A stretch of 64,000 bases of DNA from Amoebophrya sp. A120 (taxonomy: Eukaryota > Protista > Dinoflagellata), in the NCBI GenBank assembly GCA_905178155.1, contig CAJINV010000006.1, forward strand, positions 1,861,876-1,925,875. Direction: 5' to 3'. A program made the translations under genes and the position numbers. The notes beneath the pieces were generated by a model. The model was not told where the DNA came from, searched no databases, and was given only the letters and a program-made list of their open reading frames with translations. Shown in pieces: positions 23,001 through 35,190 of this stretch. Positions within the stretch are counted from its first letter, which is position 1. Every line of letters starts with the position of its first letter.

Positions 23001-26000
23001 TACACTTTTGCAATGCATACGGAAAGAAGTACGGGAATTTTTCGCGGGAAACCTACAACGGCTCCGACTCGAACGAACAGCAATTTCGGTCCCTGCCCGG
23101 CAGTATCAAATGCAAAAGTGCCTGGGTTTGGAAATCTGTAATGCTGAATGGTCATGAGTGAGCGCGCCTTTGAATGCAGCAGTAGTGCATGACAAGTTTT
23201 ATTTCAAGCACTTTCTCATGCTCAGTGCGCATTACAAACTGCGCTTTTTCATGACGAAATTGCGCCGCTTTTGTATGCTTTTATGCAATACAGATTTTTC
23301 TGAAGTCCTGGACACGCAATACAAAGGTTCAACCTTTATTCCAGACCCAGGGATATTTGCATTTGATAGGCAGTAAGCAGGCCCGGGCCGCCGGGGGCGC
23401 CAGCGTCGGCCCGCCGGTGCTGCACCACTTGCGCAGGCTATGAGAGTGCACAACTTCCCCCCCCTTATTTGCCATGCAAAATCTTCCCAAATCCAGTCTG
23501 TTCCTCATGGCAATCTTTGCATGACAAACAAGGTCCGAGCACGGGGACAGAGTCCCCGTGCGGCGACCTTCCGGCACTTGTCTGCGCGGTGGCACTGGGA
23601 AGGCAGGTCGCCTGCAGCTAGGTATCTCGGTGCGCCTTGCGTTCACTGGCCCGCGACGGGCCTGCGGACGCGGCCCCCTTGCTTGCGCGCACTACACTAG
23701 ACTCATTAGCCGGCCGCGCGCAAAGATAAAAGAAAAGAAGAAACTGGCGCGCGCCCGCCGGGTCTGGAGCCGGCCCCCAGGTCATGACGCGGCGACAGAG
23801 TCCCCGCACTGCCCTAGGGCCCTTCTCTGCCCCTTCCATCCTTGGCCGCGCGGTGTGCTGTCCGGGGAGTGTGCGTAGCTAGCCCTTAGGCCATGACGCG
23901 GGGACCGAGTCCCCGCGCTGGCCTAGGGCTTTCGCCCCTTGGCCGCACGGATTCACGGGGAGTGCTGCCTGCAAGCTAGCCCCTAGGCCATGGCGCAGGG
24001 ACCGAGTCCCCGCGCTGGCCTAGGGTTTTCACCCCTTGGCCGCACGGTGTCCGGGAAGCGCTCAGGCACAGCTGGTCCCTAGGCCATGACGCGGGGACCG
24101 AGTCCCCGCGCTGGCCTAGGGCTTTCGCCCGTTGGCCGCACGGTGTCCGGGAAGCGCTCACAGTTGGCCCCTAGGCCATGACGCGGGGGCCGAGTCCTCG
24201 CGCTTGCTTAGAGCTTTCGCCCCTAAGTCGGCCGCGCGGTTTCGCCGGGGAGCGCTCGCAACGAGCTGGCCCCTAGGCCATGGCGCGGGGACCGAGTCCC
24301 CGCGCTGGCCTAGGGCTTTCGCCCCTTGGCAGCACGGTGCCCGGGAAGCGCTCACAGCTGGCCCCTAGGCAATGACGCGGGGACAGAGTCCCCGCGCGCG
24401 CTGGCCTAGGCAGGGGGGGCCTTCGCCCTTTGGCCGCACGGGGTCACAGGAAGTGCTGCGAGCTAGCCCCTAGGCCATGCGCGGGGGCCGAGTCCCCGCG
24501 CTGCCCTAGGGGTTTCGCCCCGCCCTTGGCCGCGCGGTGTCCGGGAAGCGCTTACAGCTGGCCCCTAGGCCATGACGCGGGGACCGACCGGGCCCCCGCG
24601 CTGGCCTAGGGCCTTCGCCCCTTGGCCACACGGATTCACGGGAAGTGCTGCCTGCAAGCTAGCCCCTAGGCCATGGCGCGGGGACCGAGTCCCCGCGCTG
24701 GCCTAGGGCTTTCGCCCCTTTGCCGCACGGTGCCCGGGAAGCGCTCCGGCACAGCTGGCCCCTAGGCCATGACGCGGGGGCCGAGTCCCCGCGCTGGCCT
24801 AGGGCTTTCGCCCCTTGGCCGCACGGTGTCTGTCCGGGAAGCGCTCACAGCTGGCCCCTAGGCCATGACGCGGGGACCGAGTCCCCGCGCCGGCCTAGGA
24901 AGTGCTTGCGCCCCTTGGCCGCACGGTGTCCGGGAAGCGCTCACAGCTGGCCCCTAGGCCATGACGCGGGGACCGAGTCCCCGCGCGGGCCTAGGGCTTT
25001 CGCCCCTTGGCCGCACGGTGTCCGGGAAGCGCCCACAGCTGGCCCCTAGGCCATGACGCGGGGACCGAGTCCCCGCGCTGGCCTAGGGCTTTCGCCCCTT
25101 GGCCGCGCGGTGTCTGTCCGGGAAGCGCTCACAGCTGGCCCCTAGGCCATGACGCGGGGACCGAGTCCCCGCGCTGGCCTAGGGCTTTCGCCCCTTGGCC
25201 GGCCGAGGTGTGTCCGAAAGTCTGCCCGGGGTGTGTCCGAAAGTCTGCCCGGGGTGTGTCCGAAAGTCTGCCCGGGGTGTGTCCGGGGTGTGTCTGGGGT
25301 ATGTTCGGACTTTTTGCCTGGGGTGTGTTCGGGGGTCTGTCTGGGGTATGTCTGGGGTGTGTCTGGGGTCTGTCTGGGGTATGTTTATACCCCACCTGTT
25401 GGCTTTTCGGCAAAAAATTGTAGTCCGCTCGTGATTGAGGAGGATTTGCATACCCCTGACACACCCCCGAACATATTCCCGAACATACCCCTCGCCTGCA
25501 TTTTTGACCAGCTGCTGCAGTTTAGATAGTAATTCCTTCGGTTAGCCCAAATAGCCCTACACAACTCCAGTGTAGTAAACTTGTCATGCAACAGCGGTAT
25601 TCTTGCTGATGCTTTTCTTGCCGTTCATGCTATACAAATGAGGGGGAGGGGGAGCTATGTGCATTGTCATACAGGCACAAGGACTACGAGAAGCACCACG
25701 ACGACTTCCGGGACTACTTTGAGAGCGAAGTTATCGCAAGAAAAAACTGATGTGGTCTCAGTCTCAAGTTGTAATGCGCGACTGGCTTGAGACAGTTTTT
25801 TGTCATGCTGGAGATGCAATCGAAGACAGTCGTCTTTCATACGTGTTTTGCCTTGCATGTATCTGAAGCATCATAGATAATCTGTTTCTTGCTTCGTAAA
25901 AAATTTGATGTCTTTTACTGAGTCTACTGCAAATAATGCCCTTGAGACCACTGAGGAACGTTTTTCTTTGCATAGAAGTGATGCAGGAGCTGATTCAGCA

Positions 26001-29000
26001 AGCCAGGCGGGCGGAACGCCGACGCAGCAGCATCCGCAGCTCTTTGTCGGAGCACCAGGACTACATGCAGGAGTTCGTTTTTGCAGAGCTCGTGGCCTTT
26101 GTGGAGACCAAAAACCGCTCCAAGCGGGAGATGGAGCAAAACCGCCGCGTGTACAACAGTGTCGTGGCCGACCTGGCCGACATTTTTGGCGACCACCACG
26201 CGAGCCACCACGTCGACAAGTTTTCACGTGCGTCAGTATCAAGAAGAAAAATCCCCCCTCCCCATATCAAAGCGGAAATCTGTGATGCAGATTTGTGGTC
26301 ACAAATCAGCTCTGTCGTGCTAGAAGGGAAAAGATGTAGACACTGTAGCGCTGGTGGCCTGGGAAAGCCTGGCATCTTCAGCATGACAGGAGGCAGCAGG
26401 AAGTGGGAAACAGCATGACAAGTTGCCTGCAACCGAAGCCACGGCTGCGGCTCTTGGCCTTCTAGCAACGCAAGTCGATTTGTGTACTCAAATACGGCAT
26501 CACGAATTTCGTTTTCGATAAGGGGAGGGGGGATTTTTCCTTTTTATAGTCAGAGCAAGCCAGCATCAAACGCAGCAAGAAGCAGTTTCACGAGTCCATG
26601 CTGAAGGCCAAGCCCCTTATCAACTGTAAAAATGTCTGGGTCTGGAAGATTCTGACACTTGTCATGCACGTTTTGCATGAGCCATGATGTCTGTGATGCA
26701 TACCCTAGCAATACAGATTTTTTGAGGGCTTCTTGATGCGTATTCCGCATGACAAATGCCTTCTCAGCGTAGAAAAAAATGCATTTCCTTTGGTACTCAT
26801 ACAATACAGATTTTTTTGGAATCCAAATGCAGCATCACAAGTTGCATTCTTCCAGACCCAGACACTTTTACACTTCATACCCCTGATGCAAGAGCACTTC
26901 CAGGGCGCGAATTCCTTGCATACCGAAGAGCAATTCCACAGGCTCATGGAGCACATGGAAGACAAACTCTACAACCATTCGGACCACGAGGACCACGGCT
27001 TAACCTCTCGCATGGTGCGGAAAAACCACGGGTTTGACAAGGCCTCGGGATATGGATTGTAAAAATGTCTGGGTCTGGAAGGTTGGAACTTGTAATGCTA
27101 CCTTTCCATACCTAGAAAATCTGTATTGCATAACCAACAAAAGTCGCAACCTCTTTTGTCATGCAAAAACGCAGTTTCTCATGCGGATTTCCTATGAGGA
27201 AGCGTTTTGGGAAGTTGTCATGCCGGACTGCATTCGGAAGTGTTTTCATCATGCACAATTTAGCATCACAAGTTTCCAGACCCAGACATTTTTACAGTTG
27301 ATACGGGAAAGACGCATGCAAAACCGAAGATCGTGCACCAGAACACACCCGCGAGTGCGCAGCAGTTTAGTGGCAAGAAGACGGAAGATCTGAAGGAGCT
27401 GAACCACTTGACCAAGGAGGAGCAGCAGCTGCTGCAGGAATTTCGGGCGCAGAAGCAGCAGAAGCAGCAACGCCTGCACCCCACGATCCTATCAAATGTA
27501 AAAATGTCTGGGTCAGGAAGATTTCTAGATTTGTCATGCATATTTGCCATGACCCATGATGTCTGTGATGCATGCCGTAGCATCACAGATTTTTGGAGCG
27601 CTTTGTGATACCTCTACCGCATGAGAAATGCCCTCTCCGCGTGGCACAAACTGGAGTTCTCTTGCTGGTCATGCAATACAAATTTTTTCAGAATCCAGAG
27701 ACAGCATCACAAGTTTAGAGTCTTCCAGACCCAGACATTTTTGCATTTGATAGAGCCTGTTGCGGGACGATCTGCAGAAGGTAGACGGCGCCCTGCCCGG
27801 AGACTTGTCGCCCCCGCGCGGGCTGCAGCTGCTGCCGGCGACGCCGCGCATGAAGGGCAGTTTTTTTGCGGGAGACTGGAACACAGCTGCTGGTGGTCCA
27901 CCAGGAGCGCAAGCGGGAGTAGAACAGCCCTACACGGAGTATCGGGATGGCGTGCAATTCGAAGTAAACACCCCAACCCCGGCGAATGCTGTGGCCACGC
28001 CGCCATCGTTCCTCAAGATGGACAACGTGCACCTGCCACACACGTCCCTTTTCGCCGCCGGTGGCAACAACCTGTTGAAAGCGACGAAACAGTACTCGCA
28101 GAGCCCGGCAACGACCTTCGCTGGCCACAAAACCGCGCGCGGGTCCCTCACTTCGGGCGAAGACGCGGAAATTCAGAACAGCCTCCGTTTCGCGCATATC
28201 CAACAAAAAAACGTTGTTAGTGTAAATTTGTGATGCGCAACATGCAAGATGATTGCGGCTGTCATGCTTGGCATACGTCGGAAGGTCCATTAAAGGGCGT
28301 TTTCACGTACTATCTGCGCATGACAGGTTTTTGCTGTCATGCGAGAGATATTTGTGATGCTAAATCCTCCAAGAAAGTTACACCTACAATGTTTTTTCTT
28401 GGATAGCGCAGGGAACTTACTCCTTCGAAATGCCGCAGATAAACATGATGCCGGTGTTATCGTGAACAAAAACGTCCCCACCCCAGAGTCAAGATGGGAT
28501 TTCTGCTAGACAAATCTGTCAGCTTTGGGTGTTGCGCATGACAAGTTTGGCCTCGTGGTATGATCCTGGTTAGCTTGTTCAGCAGCATCACAGATCTAGC
28601 ATATCGCGCTGATTCTAGCATCGCAAATCCCAAAACACAACTAGAAACTGCTTCTCATGGGTCTCCGCATGAGAAAAATTTTCAGCATGCAGACTTGCAT
28701 AACAACTCTGGGGTGGGGACGTTTTTACATTTGATAGGTGTTTCAGCCGGCAGAGTTGGTGGAACAAAGATTGTTCAACGACCAGGTGCCCAGAAGGCGA
28801 GCAGAGGCAGTGATGCAGCAGGACAAGCAGTATCAAATGCAAATATGTCTCGGTGTAGAAGGAAGATGCGAGGTTTGTCATGCTTAAAGCTGGCATGACT
28901 GAAGAACTTGTGATGCCTGCCCAAGAAGAGATTCTTTTTCTTGTCATGCAAAAAAGCAGCTTGTCATGCGGAAACTGCAACGCTAAGCAGCGCAGATACA

Positions 29001-29479
29001 ACTTCTCATGTAGTTTGGCTGTGCATTACAGGACACTCACTATAATTCCCAACCCAGCATCACAAGTTTATTCCAGACCCAGACATATTTGCATTCGATA
29101 AGCAGCAAACGGTGACAACGGACGGAGAGCGTCGAACCCCGTCCCCTTATGAGAGTGCACAACTCCCCCTCCCCCTCATTTGTCATGCAAAATACCCAAT
29201 CCACCCTTTGCCTCTCGGCACTGTTTGCATGGCAAGTTCTGGTAGCCGAAATAGCACTATACTCCAGTGCAAATCTGTATCTGTCATGCAAAACCGACAC
29301 TCTTGCTGATGCTTGTATTGCCGTTCATGCTACACAAATGAGGGGGAGGTGGGGTTGTGCACTCTCATACCCCGTCGGGCAGGTTTATTCTGGGGCAGAA
29401 GCCCACGAACTTTGGCAACAAAAGCGTGGACACGGTGTATTTGGCTGACTTGACCAGCTTTGACAGCAAGAAGGTATAG
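20049..29479 (+). CDS. Hypothetical protein (coiled-coil/low complexity); 18 introners plus a GT-AG intron at 22322-22776
   Basis: Spliced frame MQDGRLPPSSTTYSQPRSERS...RMLNQVEEHVESRLQFEKDQHLKEKERLNRKIQNLQF...LHHLRRHKDYEKHHDDFRDYFESEVMQELIQQ...YLADLTSFDSKKV* is open across all 19 junctions. Confidence 0.78.
20091..20350. mobile_element. Introner, family A
   Basis: DR actcg/actcg. Confidence 0.9.
20426..20687. mobile_element. Introner, family A
   Basis: DR gacct/gacct. Confidence 0.9.
20752..20993. mobile_element. Introner, family I (TIR tatggcgttctcaa.tgttaca)
   Basis: DR gggga/gggga. Confidence 0.85.
21234..21571. mobile_element. Introner, family C
   Basis: DR gagac/gagac. Confidence 0.88.
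21623..21949. mobile_element. Introner, family G
   Basis: DR gcgag/gcgaa. Confidence 0.88.
22046..22298. mobile_element. Introner, family A
   Basis: DR ttagc/ttagc. Confidence 0.9.
22862..23019. mobile_element. Introner, family B (diverged)
   Basis: DR cggca/cggaa. Confidence 0.82.
23104..23368. mobile_element. Introner, family A
   Basis: DR ggcag/ggcag. Confidence 0.9.
23770..25202. repeat. GC-rich tandem satellite, ~92-105-bp unit, ~15 copies, each with an internal inverted repeat
   Basis: Unit ctggcccctaggccatgacgcggggaccgagtccccgcgctggcctagggctttcgccccttggccgcacggtgtccgggaagcgctcacag. Confidence 0.95.
25206..25390. repeat. G-rich short tandem repeats
   Basis: ggtgtgtccgaaagtctgcccgg x3, then ggggtgtgtct/ggggtatgt variants. 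Confidence 0.9.
25732..25974. mobile_element. Introner, family H-like (TIR tat.caagaaaaaaac)
   Basis: DR gaagt/gaagt. Confidence 0.8.
26237..26548. mobile_element. Introner, family C
   Basis: DR gtcag/gtcag. Confidence 0.9.
26618..26879. mobile_element. Introner, family A
   Basis: DR cccct/cccct. Confidence 0.9.
27051..27303. mobile_element. Introner, family A
   Basis: DR cggga/cggga. Confidence 0.9.
27490..27752. mobile_element. Introner, family A
   Basis: DR gatcc/gagcc. Confidence 0.9.
28197..28405. mobile_element. Introner, family H
   Basis: DR gcgca/gcgca. Confidence 0.87.
28458..28736. mobile_element. Introner, family E
   Basis: DR ggtgt/ggtgt. Confidence 0.9.
28831..29100. mobile_element. 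Introner, family A
   Basis: DR agcag/agcag. Confidence 0.88.
29148..29369. mobile_element. Introner, family F
   Basis: DR cccct/ccccg. Confidence 0.9.
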
Positions 29480-29752
29480 ATAGAAGAAGAATCTTAATTT
29501 TGATGTTCTCGTCAAAAATAACCTACGCGAGAAATTGTATCGATACAACTAGGGTTGTTCGGGTTGTACTATTAATTACTAAATAAAGTTCTTGCGAGGT
29601 AAAGCAAATCAAATACACATGATTTGTCTTCCTCTACTACTTCCAGGTAGTTGTACTAGTTGCAGTTCTCTCTTGATGTTCCACACATCGTAGCGGTCCT
29701 CGTGGACCCACATGTAATTTTTATTCCATGACACAAGCAGAGTTGCAACCGA

Positions 29753-30535
29753 TTTATTGTCATGCAGAAATTACGATACAACAAAGCAAACTCTATCCAC
29801 AACCCCAGGCCGCCGTCGACGCCAAGCAGCGGTGACAAAAGAGGGTCTGCGAGAGGGGTAAAAAAACCCGAATCCGCCCGGCACAGGGCTGATGTTTTTG
29901 CGGCCCTTTCATGCAAAAGCCCGAACCCTCTCGCGCCACCCTCTCGCGCATCCTCTCGCGCCACCCTCTTGCGCCACCGTCTCGCGCCAACAATTTTATT
30001 TCCCCGGGGAATCAGGTGGGCGGGCGCGGGGTGGTGATAAACAAAGAGCAGCGCCGGCCTCTGTCTGATTCTTTTGGCACGCACCTACGCCGGGGCGGCA
30101 TCTCTTCGCCCGCAAGGTTTACTGCAGCTGCCACCTGCGCATAGCGCCTAAAGGCGCGGGAAGCGCGCAGGAGGCCCTGCGGGTCGACCTCGCGCAAAAT
30201 GGCGCTCGAAGTTTCCTCGGTCCGTCACACTGTGCCCAAAGCTTTTGTGTCGCGGCCCGATCCGCAAATAGTCAAACCCCAGCACAACAGCCTTGCGCTC
30301 CGGCGGCAGCCGGAGCATGGCTGGTTTATTGTCATGCAGAAATTACGACACAACAAACTTTGTTGAACTGCAAAAGCATCGTACTCGTATAAATGCATTA
30401 CAAATTTCCTCAGCATGAGAAACAAAATGAAAATTTGTAATGCAGATTTGCTTTGGAAACAAGATTTGTAATGCAATACTACAAAACAAACTAACTATCC
30501 ACAACCCCAGGTCGCCGTTGACGCCAAGCAGCGGT
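29753..30535. repeat. ~80-bp direct repeat (29753-29833 / 30325-30535) flanking a GC-rich 490-bp insert; second copy interrupted by a family B fragment
   Basis: tttattgtcatgcagaaattacga.acaacaaa...ctatccacaaccccagg.cgccgt.gacgccaagcagcggt occurs twice. Confidence 0.85.
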
Positions 30536-31705
30536 CCAACGTCACCACTGTAAATTCCAAGCAGTCACAGCAGCCTGTCATTTATCAACGATAATAATAC
30601 TTATGTTTATTAATCTGGGTCATCTACATCTACTGGAAGAACGTTTTTGTCATGCTAGTTTGTCAATGGGAAGCGAAAGCGCTAATGTCGTTGCGACCAC
30701 GCCACTGCGTTTTTTGTGTGTGTGTGAAAGCAGGGCATTAGCGGGACTTTTCGCTGCTGTGGAACTACAGCACGGACCTTATCGTCTTGCTCTTGGCAGA
30801 TACTGTCCCTGGCATGACAAAATCCAGACGTGGTGACCTAGATCATCTTTGCAGATATTTGCAACATGCATACCCCTCCAACTGTCTTGACGGTTGACAA
30901 AGACACGGAGATGGCCGAGGCGGGTGACATATCATACGTAAAAACGTCCCCATCCCTTAGTCAAGTTGGGAACCTAGCAAGACAAATCCACAAGTTTTGG
31001 GAGCCACGCATGAGAAGTTGCAGACAACGTAGTGTAGTTTTTCTTAGCAAGGACAACCGCATCACAAATCCATCTGCTTATCCTGTTTACAGCATTTTTA
31101 CAAATTCCAAATTGCGACTGGAAAAAATGCCTCTCATGGAGATGCGCATTACAAATCTTCGTGGAATTATCGCAAATCCGCATGACAACTGTAGGGTAGG
31201 GGACGTTTTTACTCAGGATATGACATTCTGTACGTGCGGCGCAAGTCCCGGGGCTCCAGCCCCAACGCGGCGGCGCAGATTAGCTACCACAGGGTGGCTA
31301 TGCAAGAAAAAAACTGTGTAAGTGAAAATCTGTGATGCAGAAAATGCCAAACAGTTACACTTGTCATGCTCGACATGCATGACTGGCTCGCTTCCTATGT
31401 GTTTTCCCTTTGTATCTGCGCATAACAAGTTTGTCCTGTCATGGCAGACAAACTTGTGATGCTGTTTTCCCAAAAGACTTACACTTACACAGTTTTTTTC
31501 TTGGATAGTGGTGCACTCCGGGGTCTTGCCGCAGCCCGTGATGTTGTCGGGGTTGCTGGGAAAGCCGTGGCAGCTCGGCATGGGAATGTCCGGACAGTAT
31601 AATCTGAATCAAACAAGCGGAAATAATGGTAGTGCCACAAATGTAAACGGGTCTTTGCCCGATATGGTGGGGCTGTACGTGAGCAACCCACCAAACACGG
31701 CATAA
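30497..31705 (+). CDS. Hypothetical protein, 3' portion (5' end unresolved; degenerate intron at ~30590-30870)
   Basis: Frame ...PPTVLTVDKDTEMAEAGDILYVRRKSRG...ISYHRVVHSGVLPQPVMLSGLLGKPW...VSNPPNTA* is restored across two introners. Confidence 0.5.
30930..31220. mobile_element. Introner, family E
   Basis: DR tgaca/tgaca. Confidence 0.9.
31299..31507. mobile_element. Introner, family H
   Basis: DR gtggc/gtggt. Confidence 0.9.
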
Positions 31706-34119
31706 GAAGAAGAAGAAGAAGACAAAAATGGGAAGATTACCTGGAGGTGATCTCCCAAAAGATTGTGATTGATTCGAAACCTAAACGCAAACTCATAAAT
31801 CGAACATGAAATATCAAAGCCAAAACTTCTAATATTAAACATCGTAACTTCATCTTTAGACACGACTAAAAATGCAAAACCCTGGCCGCAGGCCATTCGC
31901 CTGTTATTCCGCAAGATACATTTGATTATACTTGAGATGCAAGAACTTTTTGAACAACTTTTAAACCTTATATTCCCGATGCAACAAGTAGAAGACGTGA
32001 CGAAGAAGACGCCACGCGGCAATGACACCCTCGAGCCGTTTCTCCGAAAGAACGTCAAGGCCGTTTTACTTTTTTCAACTATACAATGCGAGTAATCTAT
32101 CTCCTGAAAAAATCACTTTCATTTGAGTCTTATTCCCAATGCAATCTGACTTTCTTCTCATCGGTTTTAATAGATTTTTATTTTCACGATCAACTGTAAA
32201 CTACATGTAATAGTACATTTCATTTTTATAGTATTTCAAAAATCGCAATTTTTATTTTTCTATCGCTATGGTTTGTCAACATTTATTATCACATATACAT
32301 TTTGCATTTGCTCAGTTTTTCACACGACTGCAGGGTCGTAGAGGTCATTTCAGTTTCACATCACTAGAGAAGTAGTTCATGCGTGTATCCCATGCAGTAT
32401 ACTGTAGTACTTGTGCTAGAAAGCATCCGAAAAATAAGTATTCAACCCCGAGCACTATCCGAAAAAATAGAAAAACTCCCTTCCTTTTTAAAAACAGTTT
32501 GACAGGGCCGAGGTGGCGGGATGTTGGGGATGGCATGACAGTTATTCTTTTCAGCATCTCGTCTCAGTCACGAGGAGGAAATAAAGGTGGTCCTAGATCA
32601 TGAAAAAATTATCCTGTTTTATTGGAAGCCCCACTGTTTAGAAAGTTATCAACCCCTTTATTTGATGCTTGACAAGCACGACGCTATTGAGATCTTGACG
32701 ACGACGAAGAACGAAGTGGACAGGCCGCTCCTGCGCTTGTCTCTAGTTTGCTACGAGAAGTAAAATAGACACCCGCTTGACCATGTATCTCCCCGTGAGC
32801 GTGACACCTTGCCGTGCCTGATTTTATTGTTGGAATCAAGTAGTACTAGCTTTAGTGCCGCGCCGAGGGGTGGTCAGTGGTCTCTCGTAGTACCACCGCA
32901 TCAGACGCAGAGAAAATAAAGCACTACAGTAATATTTCAGCAAATCAGCTCATCTCATATGGCACAGAAAAACCACACGGAGGTTGTTGCATGTAGAAGC
33001 TTTTTTCAAGAAGCGGGAAGTTTATTACGCGGGAAGCACCCCTTCCCGGATTCTATTCCGCCTAGAGAGACGGGAAAAACTAGGTATACTACTTCTGCAA
33101 CGTCGAGACGTAGTCAAGATTTTGAACCCCCTGGCCGTGCTAGTGTCTGTACATGAAAAAAAAAATCAGCCAATAGAATTTTTGTGCGGCTGAGGTCTTC
33201 TTCTTCACCGGTAGTTCGTCCCAACGGGAACGGATACGGAGACGGTGAAGATTACTGGTTTTTGTCCTCCTGTCAAGCAGGAAAAGTGTTCAACCCTCTT
33301 GTTTGTTCAACCCTCTTGTCTGAATGCGCATGGCGATTAAACGCGTAAAAATAAACGACAAAGTTGTAGACCATTGCGAGTACAAATACAATCTATATTC
33401 CAATCTGTTGTAGGTTGCGGTTGGTTCTTGTGTGGCGCCCGCACTACTTCTTCGCCACAGCTGCCGTTCAGCAGCGCGATGCTGGTTGCTGGCTTCTTGA
33501 GGAGGAAACAAGGAAATAGAAAAAACTCATTGATTCATCCCTACGGAAAGAAACAAACTCATAGTTTGAACGCTGCTCGACGCTTTATTTATAGTGTCCA
33601 GCTGGGCTCCTGCTATCCTGGCTATTAACGTCAGGCACGTGGTGATCTCCCGATTTGGCACTTCTGAAAAGAGTTTGGAGTTGAATATTTTTGACTTTAA
33701 TAGGCCTTCTTCTAAAGAAAGTAGTATTAGTGAAATGAATACGTAAGCGAGAAGATCATGATGTGATGATTCCAGCAGTCTGGCGACGGAAGTGGAGTGA
33801 GGAAAATCCCACTAAACGGTGGACAAGTACAAGACCGCGAACAACGACGTGGGTTACAACAACAATTTCTACTCACACACCTGCTTCCTCTGCAGAATTT
33901 CAAACTTCTTTTCGAAGTCCTCCACCGGATTGGCCAACACATCAAGAATACCATCGTCGATCTGCTGGCCTCGTGGCAGGGCATGGAAAATTAAAATACA
34001 CGATGATTAAAATTGGATTCGCACACGAAGGTGTTCGACGAACAACCTTCCTCCAACCTCCAACTTTTGTAGCATTCACGCGAAGAACTAACATTTGTCG
34101 GAAGCAGAAGATTTTGCCA

Positions 34120-34704
34120 GAGCAGAGGCAGTGATGCAGCAGGACAAGCAGTATCAAATGGATGCAAATATGTCTGGGTATAGAAGGATGCGAGGTTTAT
34201 TGTCATGCTTGTCTGGCATGACTGAAGAACGTGTGATGCCTGCCCAAGAAGAGACCCTTTTTCTTGTCATGCAAAAAAGCAGCTTGTCATGCGGAAACCG
34301 AAACTGCAATGCTAAGCAGCGCAGATACAACTTCTCATGTTTGGCTGTGCATTACAGGACACTCACTATTCCCAACCCAGCATCACAAGTTTATTCCAGA
34401 CCCAGACATGTTTGCATTCGATAAGCAGCAAACGGTGACAACGGACGGCGAGCGTCGAACCCCGTCCCCTTATGAGAGTGCACAACTCCCCCTCCCCCTC
34501 ATTTGTCATGCAAAATACCCAATCCACCCTTTGCCTCTCGGCACTGTTTGCATGGCAAGTTCTGGTAGCCGAAATAGCACTATACTCCAGTGCAAATCTG
34601 TCATGCAAAACCGACACTCTTGCTGACACAAATGAGGGGGAGGTGGAGTTGTGCACTCTCATACCCCGTCGGGCAGGTTTATTCTGGGGCAGAAGCCCAC
34701 GAAC
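34120..34704 (+). repeat. Duplicated copy of 28799-29412 (exon pieces plus introners at 34152-34423 and 34471-34663) between 45-bp direct repeats
   Basis: Near-identical to the 3' end of gene 20049-29479. Flanks 34075-34119 and 34705-34749 differ at 2 positions. Confidence 0.92.
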
Positions 34705-34753
34705 TTCACGCAAAGAAGTAACATTTGTCGGAAGCAGAAGATTTTGCCAACGC

Positions 34754-35032
34754 TATCCTCAGTAAAAACGTACCCACACGAGAGTTGTAATGCAGATTTG
34801 CAAAGACAGGAAGACTTGTAATGCGCATCCGCATGAGAGCCATTTCCAGTCGTGTTTTGGAATTTGTGATGCTGTGAACAGGATGAGCAGATGAATCTGT
34901 GATGCGGCTGCACTTGCTAACCTGCACTACAGTACAGCATGCAACTTGTCATGCGTGACCCCCAAAACTTCAAGGTTTGTGTTGCAAAATCCCCATCTTG
35001 ACTCTGGTGTGGGTACGTTTTTACTCAGGATA
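34754..35032. mobile_element. Introner, family E
   Basis: DR aacgc/aacgc. Confidence 0.9.
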
Positions 35033-35190
35033 AACGCGGAAATCATCATTTTTCCGGTACTAGCGAGGGGTTAGCAGTTGATGTAACCGCGGCGCGGAAA
35101 AACAAAAAGGCACTTCGGTAAAATAAACCGCACCACGACTTTTTTCAGCGGAAGCGGAACAAAGTTGTAACCGGAAGAAGCAGTGCAGGC

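Larger units (their letters stand above)
23439..25671. mobile_element. Introner, family F (TIR tatgagagtgcacaactcccc), expanded by a ~2-kb nested insertion
   Basis: DR caggc/caggc; both halves align to the intact copy 29148-29369. Confidence 0.88.

Noticed and set aside
23770-25202. CRISPR array or hammerhead-ribozyme (retrozyme) array
   Set aside because: There are no unique spacers and no cas genes. The minus strand has CUGUGA...GAAA but lacks the CUGANGA core and an NUH cleavage triplet after the stem.
33727-34134. ORFs upstream of the captured segment as first exons of the kinase
   Set aside because: I could not build a stop-free spliced path from them to the kinase Gly-loop exon.
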